This document shows positions 12,144 to 22,250 of a stretch of 64,000 nt of DNA, in pieces. A model generated the notes under the pieces. It was not told where the DNA came from and made no database searches. It saw only the letters and a program-made list of their open reading frames with translations. The translations under genes and the position numbers were made by a program. Position 1 is the first letter of the stretch. The number at the start of each line of letters is the position of its first letter. The DNA comes from an uncultured Planctomycetota bacterium (GTDB taxonomy: Bacteria; Planctomycetota; Planctomycetia; Pirellulales; Lacipirellulaceae). The stretch spans positions 2,048,001 through 2,112,000 of the forward strand of contig CAVRBU010000002.1 of the NCBI GenBank assembly GCA_963719315.1, written 5' to 3'.

Positions 12144-12565
12144 AGTCTGTGTCTCCTCACAAAGCAGTCGAGGGATTACTGCTTGGGTCGGGTCGTCTGA
12201 TTTTCCGATTCAGACATTATTGGCGGGGCCTCGACCTGGCGCGGCGGTTCGGCTGGCAATCTGCATGTGGCATTTTGCCAACCTGCGGCGCTGCTAGCAG
12301 GTCGATTCGGATCTGGCTCGTACCAGGGCGGTCGAGCGGGCAGGCTGAGCAACTCTACATTGCGGCGGACAATGTGCAACCGCTCGCGGTGTTTTTTTCC
12401 CACAAGCATTTGACAGGCGCGGTGCATAGACGGCACGCGGAGTTTATCTTTCCCAACGCATAAATTTTCCCATGTGGTAGAGTTTCAACGCGGCCATTCA
12501 ATCCTGAGAATCCCATTTTGCGATTAGGTTTATACCGAACATGTCGATACTCAACTTGATGACGA

Positions 12566-13621
12566 TTGCCACGATTTTTTCGCAGGGCCGGTGCTGCCGG
12601 TTATATCGCGCTGGCCGTGACGGTCGTCGCTGCGAGTTGGGCTGCGTCGCCCGTGCGCGCTGCGGAAGAGCCGGCGACAACAAGCATTGCGGCTCGCGGC
12701 AGCGTGTTCTGCAACGGCATTCGGCCACAGGACGAAATCGCGCTGGTCAACATCCGCGGCATTTGTGGCTGCGAACCCGAAGCAATGCGAGCCGGAATTC
12801 GGGTTGAGAAATATGCAGTGTGCGACGAGGCGGGCAACCGCCGGTGGGAGCCCAGCGATCTCGAAAATTTTTTGGCGTTTGACCCCGCGGTGCCGACTGT
12901 GTTTTTCGTGCACGGCAACCAGATGTCGCAGTGGGAAGCGAAATGTGCAGGGGTGATCGTTTATCGCCGCGTGATTCGGCACGGTTGCGACGCGCCGCCC
13001 ATTCGGTATGTGATCCTCTCGTGGCCGTCGTCCAAGATCAGCGGCGGCCTGCTCTACGACATCCGCGTCAAGGCCGCCCGCACCGGGCCTGCCGGCTGCC
13101 AACTGGCGTGGCTCATCGACCAGATGCCGGCCGAAACGCCCGTCTCGCTCGTCGGCTTCAGCTTCGGCGCGCGGATCATTACGGGCAGCCTGCACGTGCT
13201 GGCCGGCGGCTCGCTCGGCGGTTCGATGTGCCTCACCGAGCACATTCATCCCAACCGCTCGCCCATCAGCGCGATTATGTTGGCCAGCGCGCTCCACGCC
13301 CATTGGCTGGGTAACGGTCAATATCATGGGTTGGCCATGACGCAGGTCAGCCGGATGTTTCTCATCAATAATTGCGACGATCTGGCGATGAAGTACTACG
13401 ATTACATCGAGCCTGGCTTTGGCGGACCGCAAGCGTTGGGGCTCTGCGGACCGACGTGCATCAGTGCGGAAAATGCCCACAAGATCAGGATGCGCGACGT
13501 GAGTTGCAGCGTTGGTGATGAACACGATCTGATGCGGTATATCTGCGCTCCCGGCGATGCGGGACTGATCTGGGAATACACGGCCGGGGCCGCGGAAGTC
13601 GAAGTAAAATCGGGCGGCTGA
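12566..13621 (+). CDS. Secreted alpha/beta-hydrolase-fold protein (DUF900-like)
   Basis: Signal peptide; VFFVHGN, LSWPS, VSLVGFSFGAR nucleophile elbow, late His (EHD); start uncertain. Confidence 0.75.
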   Translation: MPRFFRRAGAAGYIALAVTVVAASWAASPVRAAEEPATTSIAARGSVFCNGIRPQDEIALVNIRGICGCEPEAMRAGIRVEKYAVCDEAGNRRWEPSDLENFLAFDPAVPTVFFVHGNQMSQWEAKCAGVIVYRRVIRHGCDAPPIRYVILSWPSSKISGGLLYDIRVKAARTGPAGCQLAWLIDQMPAETPVSLVGFSFGARIITGSLHVLAGGSLGGSMCLTEHIHPNRSPISAIMLASALHAHWLGNGQYHGLAMTQVSRMFLINNCDDLAMKYYDYIEPGFGGPQALGLCGPTCISAENAHKIRMRDVSCSVGDEHDLMRYICAPGDAGLIWEYTAGAAEVEVKSGG

Positions 13622-13627
13622 GTTTTT

Positions 13628-13702
13628 GTAGGGTGGGTCGAGTTGCGAGACCCACCGTTTTTGCGGGATACGTGGTGGGTCTCGCAACTCGACCCACCCT
13701 AC
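13628..13702. repeat. GTAG-type REP doublet, perfect 29-bp inverted repeat
   Basis: gtagggtgggtcgagttgcgagacccacc...ggtgggtctcgcaactcgacccaccctac; degenerate copy at 51149-51223. Confidence 0.9.
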
Positions 13703-13758
13703 TCACACGGATCGTTGTCGCCCCTGACCGCGCGTCCGTGGCCAACTATACTGGCCTG

Positions 13759-14658
13759 ATGGACAACGTTCAGGCGTATTTGAATGGCGAGTGGATAGCC
13801 GGGTCGCAACTGTGCGTTCCGGTGGATGATGCTGGCTTCCTGTTGGGCGCGACGGTCACGGAACGCCTCCGGACGTTTCGCGGCCAAATCTTTCGGCTCG
13901 ATGAACACTTATCGCGGCTCCGTGGTTCGCTGGCGATCATGGGCTTGGACAGTGTGGCGATTGCGGACGAGGTCGCCCAAGCGGCGCCCCAGTTTCTGCG
14001 GCGCAACCGCGGTCTCATCGATCCCGACGATGATTGGTCGATCATCGCGTTTGCGACTCCCGGCGCGGCGGGCAGCGGCCGGCCGACGGTGTGTGTCTAC
14101 GGTCACCCGCTGCCGTTTCGGTCGTGGGCGGCGCAGTTCGAAACGGGCCTGCCCGTGGTCGTGAGCACCATCCGCCAGGTGCCGACCAATTGCTGGCCAG
14201 CCGAACTCAAGTGCCGCAGCCGGATGCACTATTACCTCGCCGATCGCGAAGCGGCGGAAAAGCGGCCCGGCGCTCGGGCCATTCTGCTCGATCAGGAGGG
14301 CTACGTCGCCGAGGGCACGACCGCCAATGTGATTGTGTTCCGCGAAGGCGAAGGACTCGTTTCGCCACCACACGAACACATCTTATTTGGCGTCAGCTTG
14401 GGAGTGGTTCAGGAGCTGGCCGCAAAGCTCAATGTGCCGTTCGCGACGCGGCCTCTGTCGGTACAAGACTTTCGCTTGTCCAACGAAGCGATGCTGGCCA
14501 GCACGTCGATTTGCGTGCTACCCATTGTCGAATGCGATGGCCAGCGCATCGGTGACGGCCGCCCCGGCCCGGTCTATCGCCGACTCCTCGCCGCGTGGGG
14601 CGAGCTCGTGGGCGTCGACATTGCGCAACAAGCACGCCGGTTTGCCGCGCGAAGCTGA
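13759..14658 (+). CDS. Aminotransferase class IV (IlvE/PabC/D-Ala aminotransferase-like)
   Basis: AYLNGEW, DDAGFLLG, FRLDEHLSRL, ELKCRSRMHY (PLP Lys), EGTTANV, ILFGVS. Confidence 0.9.
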   Translation: MDNVQAYLNGEWIAGSQLCVPVDDAGFLLGATVTERLRTFRGQIFRLDEHLSRLRGSLAIMGLDSVAIADEVAQAAPQFLRRNRGLIDPDDDWSIIAFATPGAAGSGRPTVCVYGHPLPFRSWAAQFETGLPVVVSTIRQVPTNCWPAELKCRSRMHYYLADREAAEKRPGARAILLDQEGYVAEGTTANVIVFREGEGLVSPPHEHILFGVSLGVVQELAAKLNVPFATRPLSVQDFRLSNEAMLASTSICVLPIVECDGQRIGDGRPGPVYRRLLAAWGELVGVDIAQQARRFAARS

Positions 14659-14728
14659 ACTCGCAAGAGTTCAACCGTTCGTCGCGATATCTGAATGCTT
14701 GTGAATCCAGCTACTCGACGTTCCGCAA

Positions 14729-15010
14729 CTACGCCGCACCGCGCTTCAGCCGATCGGCGGAAAGCTGACGGCTGGTTTTTGGCGCACCGGCTGCGTTCGT
14801 AGCCGTTGGCTGCGGCCGCCGCCAGCGCTGCAAGCCTGCATAGGCAACGACGATGCCGATGCCGACGAGCGCTAGCGCCAGCGAGGTCGGCTCGTTCGGC
14901 AGAATCGCCGGACCGGTCGCCTGCACTGGCGAGGCATTCACCAAGGCAGGATCCCAGGTGGACCCATCGGGGAAAAGCGTCGTGGAGAGAGAGATAATCG
15001 AGCTCAACAT
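14729..15010 (-). CDS. Small protein with PEP-CTERM-like sorting motif
   Basis: LPNEPTSLALALVGIGIVVAYAGLQRWRR; AAGGA RBS upstream. Confidence 0.55.
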   Translation of the reverse strand: MLSSIISLSTTLFPDGSTWDPALVNASPVQATGPAILPNEPTSLALALVGIGIVVAYAGLQRWRRPQPTATNAAGAPKTSRQLSADRLKRGAA

Positions 15011-15208
15011 GGCAGACGTTCCTTGTCTGGTGCCAGGAATGGCGGCAGCGCGTTGTAGTCTATAGCCGATGTGCGACATTTAAGCCACGTCAATTGGAAT
15101 TGCTCTTTGTGCCCGCGCTCGATTTTGCTACTTGTTGCCGCCCAATGCTGCGCGCCGAGTGCGCCGCGGCCCCATCCCCTGCGAACCCTGTTGGCAAGGC
15201 AAAGCAAT

Positions 15209-17838
15209 ATGGCTGGAAAGATGCGATTCGCCGCAAAGCTGTTTCTTGGTACGAGCGTGCTAGCTTCGGGTGGCGGTGGTGCATATTACTACACGTTGCA
15301 CGGCTGGCAGCTGCCAGCGTTTGTGCAACGGGAACAGGCGCCGGCCGTTGCCGCCGCGGACCTCGATGCAGTCGCAAGCGCGTGGGCCGAGCCGACTTCG
15401 CCGCGTTCGGTGGGCAACAGTCTTTCGAGCCCGGTGGCGCGCTCAGCCACGCCCGTGCTGGCGGCGAGCGACAAGAAACCGGCGCCGGCGGCGGCTGGCG
15501 ATCGCTATGCCGCGGTCGTCGAACCGGTCGCCGAGGATTCCGAAATAGCTAAGCCTGCGACCGACACCCCGGTCGTAAAATCCAATGCTCCTTCGGCGTC
15601 GAGAGGAAAAGCCGATGCAGAAGCGCCCATTGTCGCCCAACACGACGCAGAGCCAAGCGACAAATCGGCCGCGACCGACGAAAATGAGCCGACGCCGGCA
15701 GCCGATGTTCAGCCGCTGACTCCGACTTCGCAAACCACAGCGGCGGATGACGCGAAATCAGAGGACGAAGCGACGGTTGCGCCCGTGGTGGTTGCCGCTT
15801 CGGCGGAGACCGCACTGGCCCGCGGACAGGAACTCAAGGACGACTTGACTGCGAAAGCAAGTGATCCTTCGAGCGACGTCGGTACAGCGATCGACGCGCT
15901 GACGACCGACCGCAAGCCGCTGACTGAGCCGAAACCGTTGGGCGACCTCAGACCGCAATCTGGTTTGAGCAGCACCTCGCAGACCGCGAAGCAGGCGTTC
16001 AACAACGCGGCCCCGCCGACGCCCGGAGATCGATACTCGGATTCGGCTCCGCCGGCCCGAGAGGCGCAATCGTCGACCAATGGCAGCGCTGCCCCGAACC
16101 CGTTCACCGCGCGATCTGCGACTGCGGCGCCGGTCAATTCCAACAATTCCCGCAGCGAAACGATTCAGCCGCTTCAGCCGCCGTCCGACGACATTGGTAA
16201 CCGCCTCAGTAATCTGCCGGCGAGCAACGGCGGATTGCGCCCACTCGAAAGCGACAGCAATCCAAATTCATTCAATCGAGACGCGCCGCCACGAGCGCCG
16301 ATTGGTTCGATCCCACCGCGCAAAGCCAGGGCGGCCCGTATGGTCGCTCGATGCCGGCCGCGAACCAGGCCAATCAATTGTCGAGAAACGGTGTCGGCCC
16401 GACCAACACCATCAGCTCAACCTCGCTTCCCGCGACCGACGGCACCGGCAAGCCGGGCGAAAAAGCGCTCGAAGGGCCGCAGCAGCCAACGCTGGTCATC
16501 CAAAAGTTCGCGCCGAGCGAAATCCAAGTCGGCAAGACGGCGAAGTTCGTGGTGCAGATTCGCAACGTCGGTTCGCAGTCGGCCGACGACGTACTGGTTC
16601 GCGACGAAATTCCGCTAGGAACGAAGCTCGTCAGCACGTCGCCCAACGCCACGACCGAAGGCAGCCACCTCGTGTGGCAGATCGGCAAGCTCTCGCCGGG
16701 CGAGGACCGCTCGGTCGAAATGCAACTGATGCCCACCACGGAAGGCGAAATCGGCAGCGTGGCCACCGTCTCCTACACGGCCCAGGCCTCGGTGAAAACG
16801 AAGTGCACGATGCCGCAGTTGGCGATCCGCATGACGGCCCCGAGCGAAGTCATGATCGGCAACCAGCAGCATGTGAAAATTGAAATCAAGAATCCGGGCA
16901 GCGGCGACGCGACCCACGTGATGCTCTTCGAAAACGTGCCGGATAACGTCAAACATCCGGCCGGCCCGGCGCTCGAATTCGAAATCGGCACGCTGCATCC
17001 CGGTGAAACCCGCGAGCTCGACCTGGTGCTCACCGCCGAAAAGGCGGGCAAAGTGCTCAATACGCTCACCGCCAAAGCCGAGGGCAACCTGCAAGTTCAA
17101 CAGCAGGTGGAATTCGAAGTGATCGCCCCGGCCCTGTCGATCGCTCTCGAAGGGCCCGAGCGCCGCTACTTGGAGCGGCCGGCGACGTATGAAGTGAGCG
17201 TGCAAAACCCCGGCACGGCGGCGGCGCACGATGTGCAAATCGTCACCAAGCTGCCCAAGGGAATGCGCTTCGTGCGGGCGAACAACATGGGCGAGTACGA
17301 TGCGGCCACGCACGCCGTCTATTGGAGCTTGGCCGAGCTGCCGAAGGGCGAGAGCGGCTCCGTCGAGCTGGTGGCGATGCCGACCGAGACCGGGCCGCAA
17401 ATGTTGGAGGTCGAGGGCCACGCGCAGCAAGGGCTTGCCGACCACAAGCAACGCGAAATCGTGGTCGAAGGTTTGGCCGCCATCATGTTCGAGGTCAAAG
17501 ATCTCGAAGATCCGATCGAAGTCGGCGGCGAAACGGGCTACGAGATTCGCGTCGTCAATCAAGGCACTAAAGCGGCCACGAACGTGCAGATCGCGGTCGA
17601 TCTGCCCCCCGGCCTGAAGGTGATTTCGGCCGAGGGCGAGTCGGCACACAAAATTCAAGACGGCCGCCTGATCTTCGAGCCTCTGCAACAACTCGCGCCG
17701 AAGGCCGACACGGTCTACCGCATTCGTGCCCAAGGCCTACAACCGGGCGATCAACGGATCACCGTGCAGCTCAACACGGATGACCTGGAACACCCGATCC
17801 GCAAAGAAGAAAGCACGCGGGTGTTTGGGGATCAATGA
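15209..17838 (+). CDS. DUF11 (OmcB-like) repeat protein with long disordered N-terminus; frameshift near 16320
   Basis: N-terminal anchor, Pro/Ala/Ser-rich region, then four Ig-like repeats (IRNVGSQSADDV, IKNPGSGDATHV, VQNPGTAAAHDV, VVNQGTKAATNV). Confidence 0.85.
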
Positions 17839-17931
17839 TCGGTCCGCGGCCCAAGAATTGCCGACCAGGATAGTGTCGCAAACCGGGCTATCGTTGTGTC
17901 CGCAGCGTAGTCGGCATGGTAGAATTGAGGT

Positions 17932-18141
17932 ATGAGCCAAGCATTCGACCATCTCGTTGAACAGCTCCGCGAGCTTTCGCTGCAAGAAAAAAACACTTTG
18001 CGCATGATTCTCGACCGCGAATCGAAAGAGAAGAAATCTAGTGCGGCAGCCGTCTCAGCGTTTGGATGGGCAAGAGGGCGACTTGCCATAGGCCCTGATT
18101 TCGATGAGCCGATCGACGACTTCAAGGACTACGTCGCTTGA
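17932..18141 (+). CDS. Antitoxin (DUF2281/VapB-like)
   Basis: C-terminal FGWARGRLAIGPDFDEPIDDFKDY; overlaps the toxin start. Confidence 0.8.
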   Translation: MSQAFDHLVEQLRELSLQEKNTLRMILDRESKEKKSSAAAVSAFGWARGRLAIGPDFDEPIDDFKDYVA

Positions 18142-18524
18142 AATTGCTGCTCGATACCCATGCCTTTCTCTGGTACTGCGCCGGTGATGCACAATTGAGC
18201 GATCGTGCAAAGGCCGCCATTGAAAGTAGTGGTAATGATCGCCTTCTCAGCGTTGCGTCGCTGATCGAAATCGCCATAAAAATCAGTCTGGGGCGACTTT
18301 CGCTGTCCATGCCGTTCCAAAGCTTCGTGGCTGATGGCATAGAACGAATGCGATGTTCAATTATGCAATTGACGCCAGCCCATTTGGAGAAGTTGAGCTT
18401 GATGCCGTTTCATCATCGAGACCCGTTCGACCGGCTACTTGTTGCACAGGCCATGCTCGATGATCTCGACATCCTCAGCATCGACAAAGAGCTGGATGCG
18501 TACGGCATTCGAAGGTATTGGTAG
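18138..18524 (+). CDS. vapC: VapC/PIN-domain toxin
   Basis: LLLDTHAFLW, SVASLIEIAIK, HHRDPFDRLLVAQA, LSID. Confidence 0.92.
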   Translation: MKLLLDTHAFLWYCAGDAQLSDRAKAAIESSGNDRLLSVASLIEIAIKISLGRLSLSMPFQSFVADGIERMRCSIMQLTPAHLEKLSLMPFHHRDPFDRLLVAQAMLDDLDILSIDKELDAYGIRRYW

Positions 18525-18540
18525 ATGAAGGCTCGCCCAC

Positions 18541-19473
18541 TCATGCGCCCATCAAGCCGCGGAGATGTGCTTCGACGCACTCGGCCAGCACCGGTGGATT
18601 GTAACCGCCTTCCAATAGGCTCACGATCCGGCCGGCGGCGTGGACCGCGGCCACGTCGCTGACGATTTGCGTAAGCGCGGCGAAGTCTTCGACCTCCAGG
18701 CCGAGCGAGCCGATCGGGTCGGCGCGGTGGCTGTCGAAGCCGGCGCTCAGCAGCACGAGTTGCGGGCGAAAGCGGGAGGCCAGTTTTTCGAGTTCGGCGG
18801 CAAATCGCTCGCGATACGATTCGCGCGGCGTTCCAAACGTGACCGGCAAATTCACCGTCGCGCCGAGCCCATCGCCCGTCCCGGTTTCGTCGACGGCGCC
18901 GGTGCCTGGGTAAAACGGCCAGCGGTGAATCGAGAGGAAGCCGACGCGTCCATCGGCGTAAAAAATGTCCTGCGTACCGTTGCCGTGGTGGACGTCCCAA
19001 TCGACAACGAGCACGCGGTCGAGTTGATGCTCGTCACGGGCCACCGCGGCCGCAATCGCGATGCTGTTAAAGAGGCAAAATCCCATCGCGCGTTCCGAAA
19101 GGGCATGGTGGCCGGGCGGACGGACAAGGCACAGGGCCGTTTTCGCTTCGCTGGCGAGCACGCGATCAACCGCGTCGCACGCCGCGCCTGCTGCCAGCGT
19201 GGCGACGTCGTAGGATGCTGGACTGACGACTGTATCTGAGTCAATGAATCCGCCGCCGCGCGCGGCAAGAGCGGTGATGCGATCCATGTGACGTGGCTCA
19301 TGCACGCGCTCCAACCGTGCGCGAGAAACCGGCTCCCAGGAGGGGCGATCACAATTGGCGGTCAGTCCGGTCGCGTCCAGGCGGGCGATGATCTGCCGCA
19401 GCCGCTCCGGCCGTTCCAGGTGACGGCCAGTGTCGTGGTCCAAGAATCGAGGATCGTAATACAGGAGCGTCAT
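18541..19473 (-). CDS. Histone deacetylase-family protein (AcuC/AphA-like)
   Basis: RPPGHHA, GFCLFN, DWDVHHGNGTQ, SAGFD, LEGGY. Confidence 0.95.
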   Translation of the reverse strand: MTLLYYDPRFLDHDTGRHLERPERLRQIIARLDATGLTANCDRPSWEPVSRARLERVHEPRHMDRITALAARGGGFIDSDTVVSPASYDVATLAAGAACDAVDRVLASEAKTALCLVRPPGHHALSERAMGFCLFNSIAIAAAVARDEHQLDRVLVVDWDVHHGNGTQDIFYADGRVGFLSIHRWPFYPGTGAVDETGTGDGLGATVNLPVTFGTPRESYRERFAAELEKLASRFRPQLVLLSAGFDSHRADPIGSLGLEVEDFAALTQIVSDVAAVHAAGRIVSLLEGGYNPPVLAECVEAHLRGLMGA

Positions 19474-19720
19474 GCGCGAGGGATTGGCGTGGACGTTCAA
19501 TTTGCGACGGGAAAACAAGCCTCAAACGGCGACGAGGGTGCGGGAGCGGACGCTGCAATAATAGCTGCCCGAACGCGCGAAAACTTGAACGGCGGCACCC
19601 ACCTTGGTACAGTGAAAATGGCGGTTTGCCTAGCCGCCCGGTGACTTATCTGGTTATGCGGGCTCGATTTGCGGCCAGATCGCAAAAGCCTTTTGGTTCT
19701 CGCCAGGAGATTTTCGCAAG

Positions 19721-21076
19721 ATGCAATGTACGCGGCGTTCCGATTTGAGCGGTGGCAGTTCCAGCGGTCGCGATCGCTTGCGGGCGCTTTTGCTTTCGAT
19801 TGCGGTCATGAGCGTCGCCTCGCAGGCGATCGGGCAAGAATGGTTTACCTTGCCGATTGACGACAAGGCTAGGAACGATCGCAATGTTGCCATGCAGTGT
19901 CTTAAGAAGACAGATTTCGATGACGGTGAAAAAGAGAGATTTATCAATTACTTTCAGAATTACTATTTTCCTGCGATGACGCGGACCGAGCCCGAAAAAC
20001 TCGGCGACCTCGGCAAATTGCGGGAAGACCTCTTCAAAAAAACTCTTTGGTCGGCATCGAACGCGCCAGCGCAGAAGGAGCTGACCAATCTCGCGTTCAA
20101 GGCAATGGGGCAAGTTGTGGGGGCCCAGAGTCCGGCCGCCCACCCAGCGGTGCGCTACAATGCAATTCTGGTTATCGGCCTACTCGATCAGAAATACTCT
20201 AATGGTCGCCAGCCGCCGGACCCGTTGGATGCGGCCGTTAAACCGTTGACGGCAGTTGTTGATATGGCCACGACCGACAATCGCTTTCCGCCGCCTGTGG
20301 TTTTGGGCGCCATCATCGGTCTCGAGCGTCACGCCCAATATCGGCAGTCGATGTCGCCCGAGGAGGTGAGCGCGATGTCGGCCGCGCTCTTGAAACTGGT
20401 AACGCACGAAGACCCGATTCATGAGATGGATCGCGACGCCTATTCTTGGATGCGGTTGCGAGCAGCCAGCGTTCTGGCCCGGCTCGGTAGCGTGGGTGAC
20501 AAGAACGCCGTTCACGACGCGATCATCAAGTTGGCCTCCGGCCGGAAGTCGATCGACGATCGGTGTGCTGCCGCCGCATTGCTGGAGAAACTGGAATACA
20601 AAGATGTGAAACTGGATGATGCCGGCACGGCCGAGCCGCTGTTCGCGCTGGCCCGCGATTTGGCGGCCGTCGAGGATCAGAAGGCCCTGGAATTTCAGAA
20701 CCAACAATACGCTGGTGGCGGCGGCACGGTGTCGGGCCGGTATGCTGGTCCCGGTTTCGAGGGCGGCATATCCGGGGGCACGGGCACGGAAACGCTCGAG
20801 ACATTTCCTCGCAGGCAAGTCCTGACTCGACTCCGCGATCTGCGCAGTGGTTTGGAAAAGGTGAAACCAGCCCTGCCGGAGGAGACGCAGAAGAAAGTCG
20901 ACGCGGTCATCGCGGCGCTCGATCCGGCGATTTCGGCGGCCTCCAATAAGGACACGGTCGAACTTACGCTCGTCGACGAGCTCCGCAAAATGGCGGAAGC
21001 GATCAACAGGGCCGTTCCCCCCGCGGAAAAAGCGGCGCCGGCGACCGACAAGCCCAAAGACGACAAGACGTTCTAA
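19721..21076 (+). CDS. Secreted alpha-helical hypothetical protein
   Basis: 451-aa ORF; signal peptide; HEAT-like HPAVRYNAILVIGLL and WMRLRAASVLARLG. Confidence 0.7.
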   Translation: MQCTRRSDLSGGSSSGRDRLRALLLSIAVMSVASQAIGQEWFTLPIDDKARNDRNVAMQCLKKTDFDDGEKERFINYFQNYYFPAMTRTEPEKLGDLGKLREDLFKKTLWSASNAPAQKELTNLAFKAMGQVVGAQSPAAHPAVRYNAILVIGLLDQKYSNGRQPPDPLDAAVKPLTAVVDMATTDNRFPPPVVLGAIIGLERHAQYRQSMSPEEVSAMSAALLKLVTHEDPIHEMDRDAYSWMRLRAASVLARLGSVGDKNAVHDAIIKLASGRKSIDDRCAAAALLEKLEYKDVKLDDAGTAEPLFALARDLAAVEDQKALEFQNQQYAGGGGTVSGRYAGPGFEGGISGGTGTETLETFPRRQVLTRLRDLRSGLEKVKPALPEETQKKVDAVIAALDPAISAASNKDTVELTLVDELRKMAEAINRAVPPAEKAAPATDKPKDDKTF

Positions 21077-21090
21077 TCGCTCGAACGGCG

Positions 21091-21657
21091 CTACTCGGCG
21101 AGTTCATTCACCCGCTGCCTGCGCCAACGCGGCGCGCCCGAGAGCGCCCAACAGCCGAGCAGCAGAGCGACGTAAAACACGTCGCCGGCGAGCATCCAGC
21201 GAAAGAACGGCACGGCGGCCCAATAGCATTGGCCCAAACCGGCCAGCGTCTTGGAATAGTCGCTCTGAAACGCCCAGACGGCGAAGTTCGTCACGATGTA
21301 AAACAGCGTCGCGGGAACGAACGCGAACAGCGCCCATTTCGCAGCGGCCCGCCATCGCGGTTGCTCGCCGCGCAGCAGCCGGCCGAGAAACACCGGCACG
21401 GTCATGATCGCGTAGGTCGCCAGCAGCACTGGGATGTTGTCGTGCGCCGGCAGTGCCAAATCGCTGATCGCGAGAATCGCGATTGGCACTAATGCCGCGA
21501 TGGCCACGCGCGAGAAATACATGCCGGCGAAGAGCGCCGCCGCGGCCGTGGGCGTGAAACACCACGCCGGTTCGCCCCACCGACCCGCCACGCCGATTGC
21601 AATCAGCAGGAAAAAAACCAACAAATCTTGCAGTGTGCGCTCTCGGTCCGGCTTCAT
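21091..21657 (-). CDS. DUF6580-family membrane transport protein (ECF S-component-like)
   Basis: FTPTAAAALFAG, LAISDL, LFYIVTNFAVW, GLGQCYWAAVPFFRWMLAGDVFY. Confidence 0.8.
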   Translation of the reverse strand: MKPDRERTLQDLLVFFLLIAIGVAGRWGEPAWCFTPTAAAALFAGMYFSRVAIAALVPIAILAISDLALPAHDNIPVLLATYAIMTVPVFLGRLLRGEQPRWRAAAKWALFAFVPATLFYIVTNFAVWAFQSDYSKTLAGLGQCYWAAVPFFRWMLAGDVFYVALLLGCWALSGAPRWRRQRVNELAE

Positions 21658-21697
21658 CGCGGTGGCTCCCAATCAGGCGTTACTTGAACGCCCCATT

Positions 21698-22172
21698 TTA
21701 TCGCGGAGGCCCAAATGTCCACAAGACACGATCGCCTGGGATCAGCTTATACACCGCGAAACTCCGGTCGGCGCTCTGGTGATTGACCTCGTAAGTCCAA
21801 TTGTTGCCGCCGGCACCTTCATTGGCAAAGCCGTCGATTGCCGTCAAAAAGGCGGATTCGCCGGCGCCCCGCACCTTAAGCTTGAAATCGAGACGTCGAA
21901 TTCAATAGATCGGCGACTGTCATCCCCTCGTGCCACGCGAGCGGTTTGAAATCGCGCCGTCGGTTGTCGCCGAAATCTATGGCCAGAAAAACCTTTTCGT
22001 TGGCCGACACGCCCGCGGATTCTGCCGAGGCCAATTCATTTGACTGGGGCGTTGCTTCCCATTTCGTGCGGCTATGCCAGAGCAGAATCGCGGCCAGCAC
22101 CAGCACCAAGAGAACCGGCAACCGCCACCAGGCGCCGCACGCCGAACACGATTGTTGCGAGTTGCTTTGCAT
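21698..22172 (-). CDS. DUF4430 (transcobalamin C-terminal-like) membrane-anchored protein; frameshift near 21890
   Basis: ORF 21876..22208 (TM helix; WHEGMTVADLL) continues in another frame as AFLTAIDGFANEGAGGNNWTYEVNHQSADRSFAVYKLIPGDRVLWTF (manual translation). Confidence 0.75.
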
Positions 22173-22250
22173 TGACCGTCTTATAGCGAAAAACGCGTTC
22201 GGCGTCACCGGGACTGCCCTCGCGTGCCTTTCTGCGGTATCCTATCTCGC

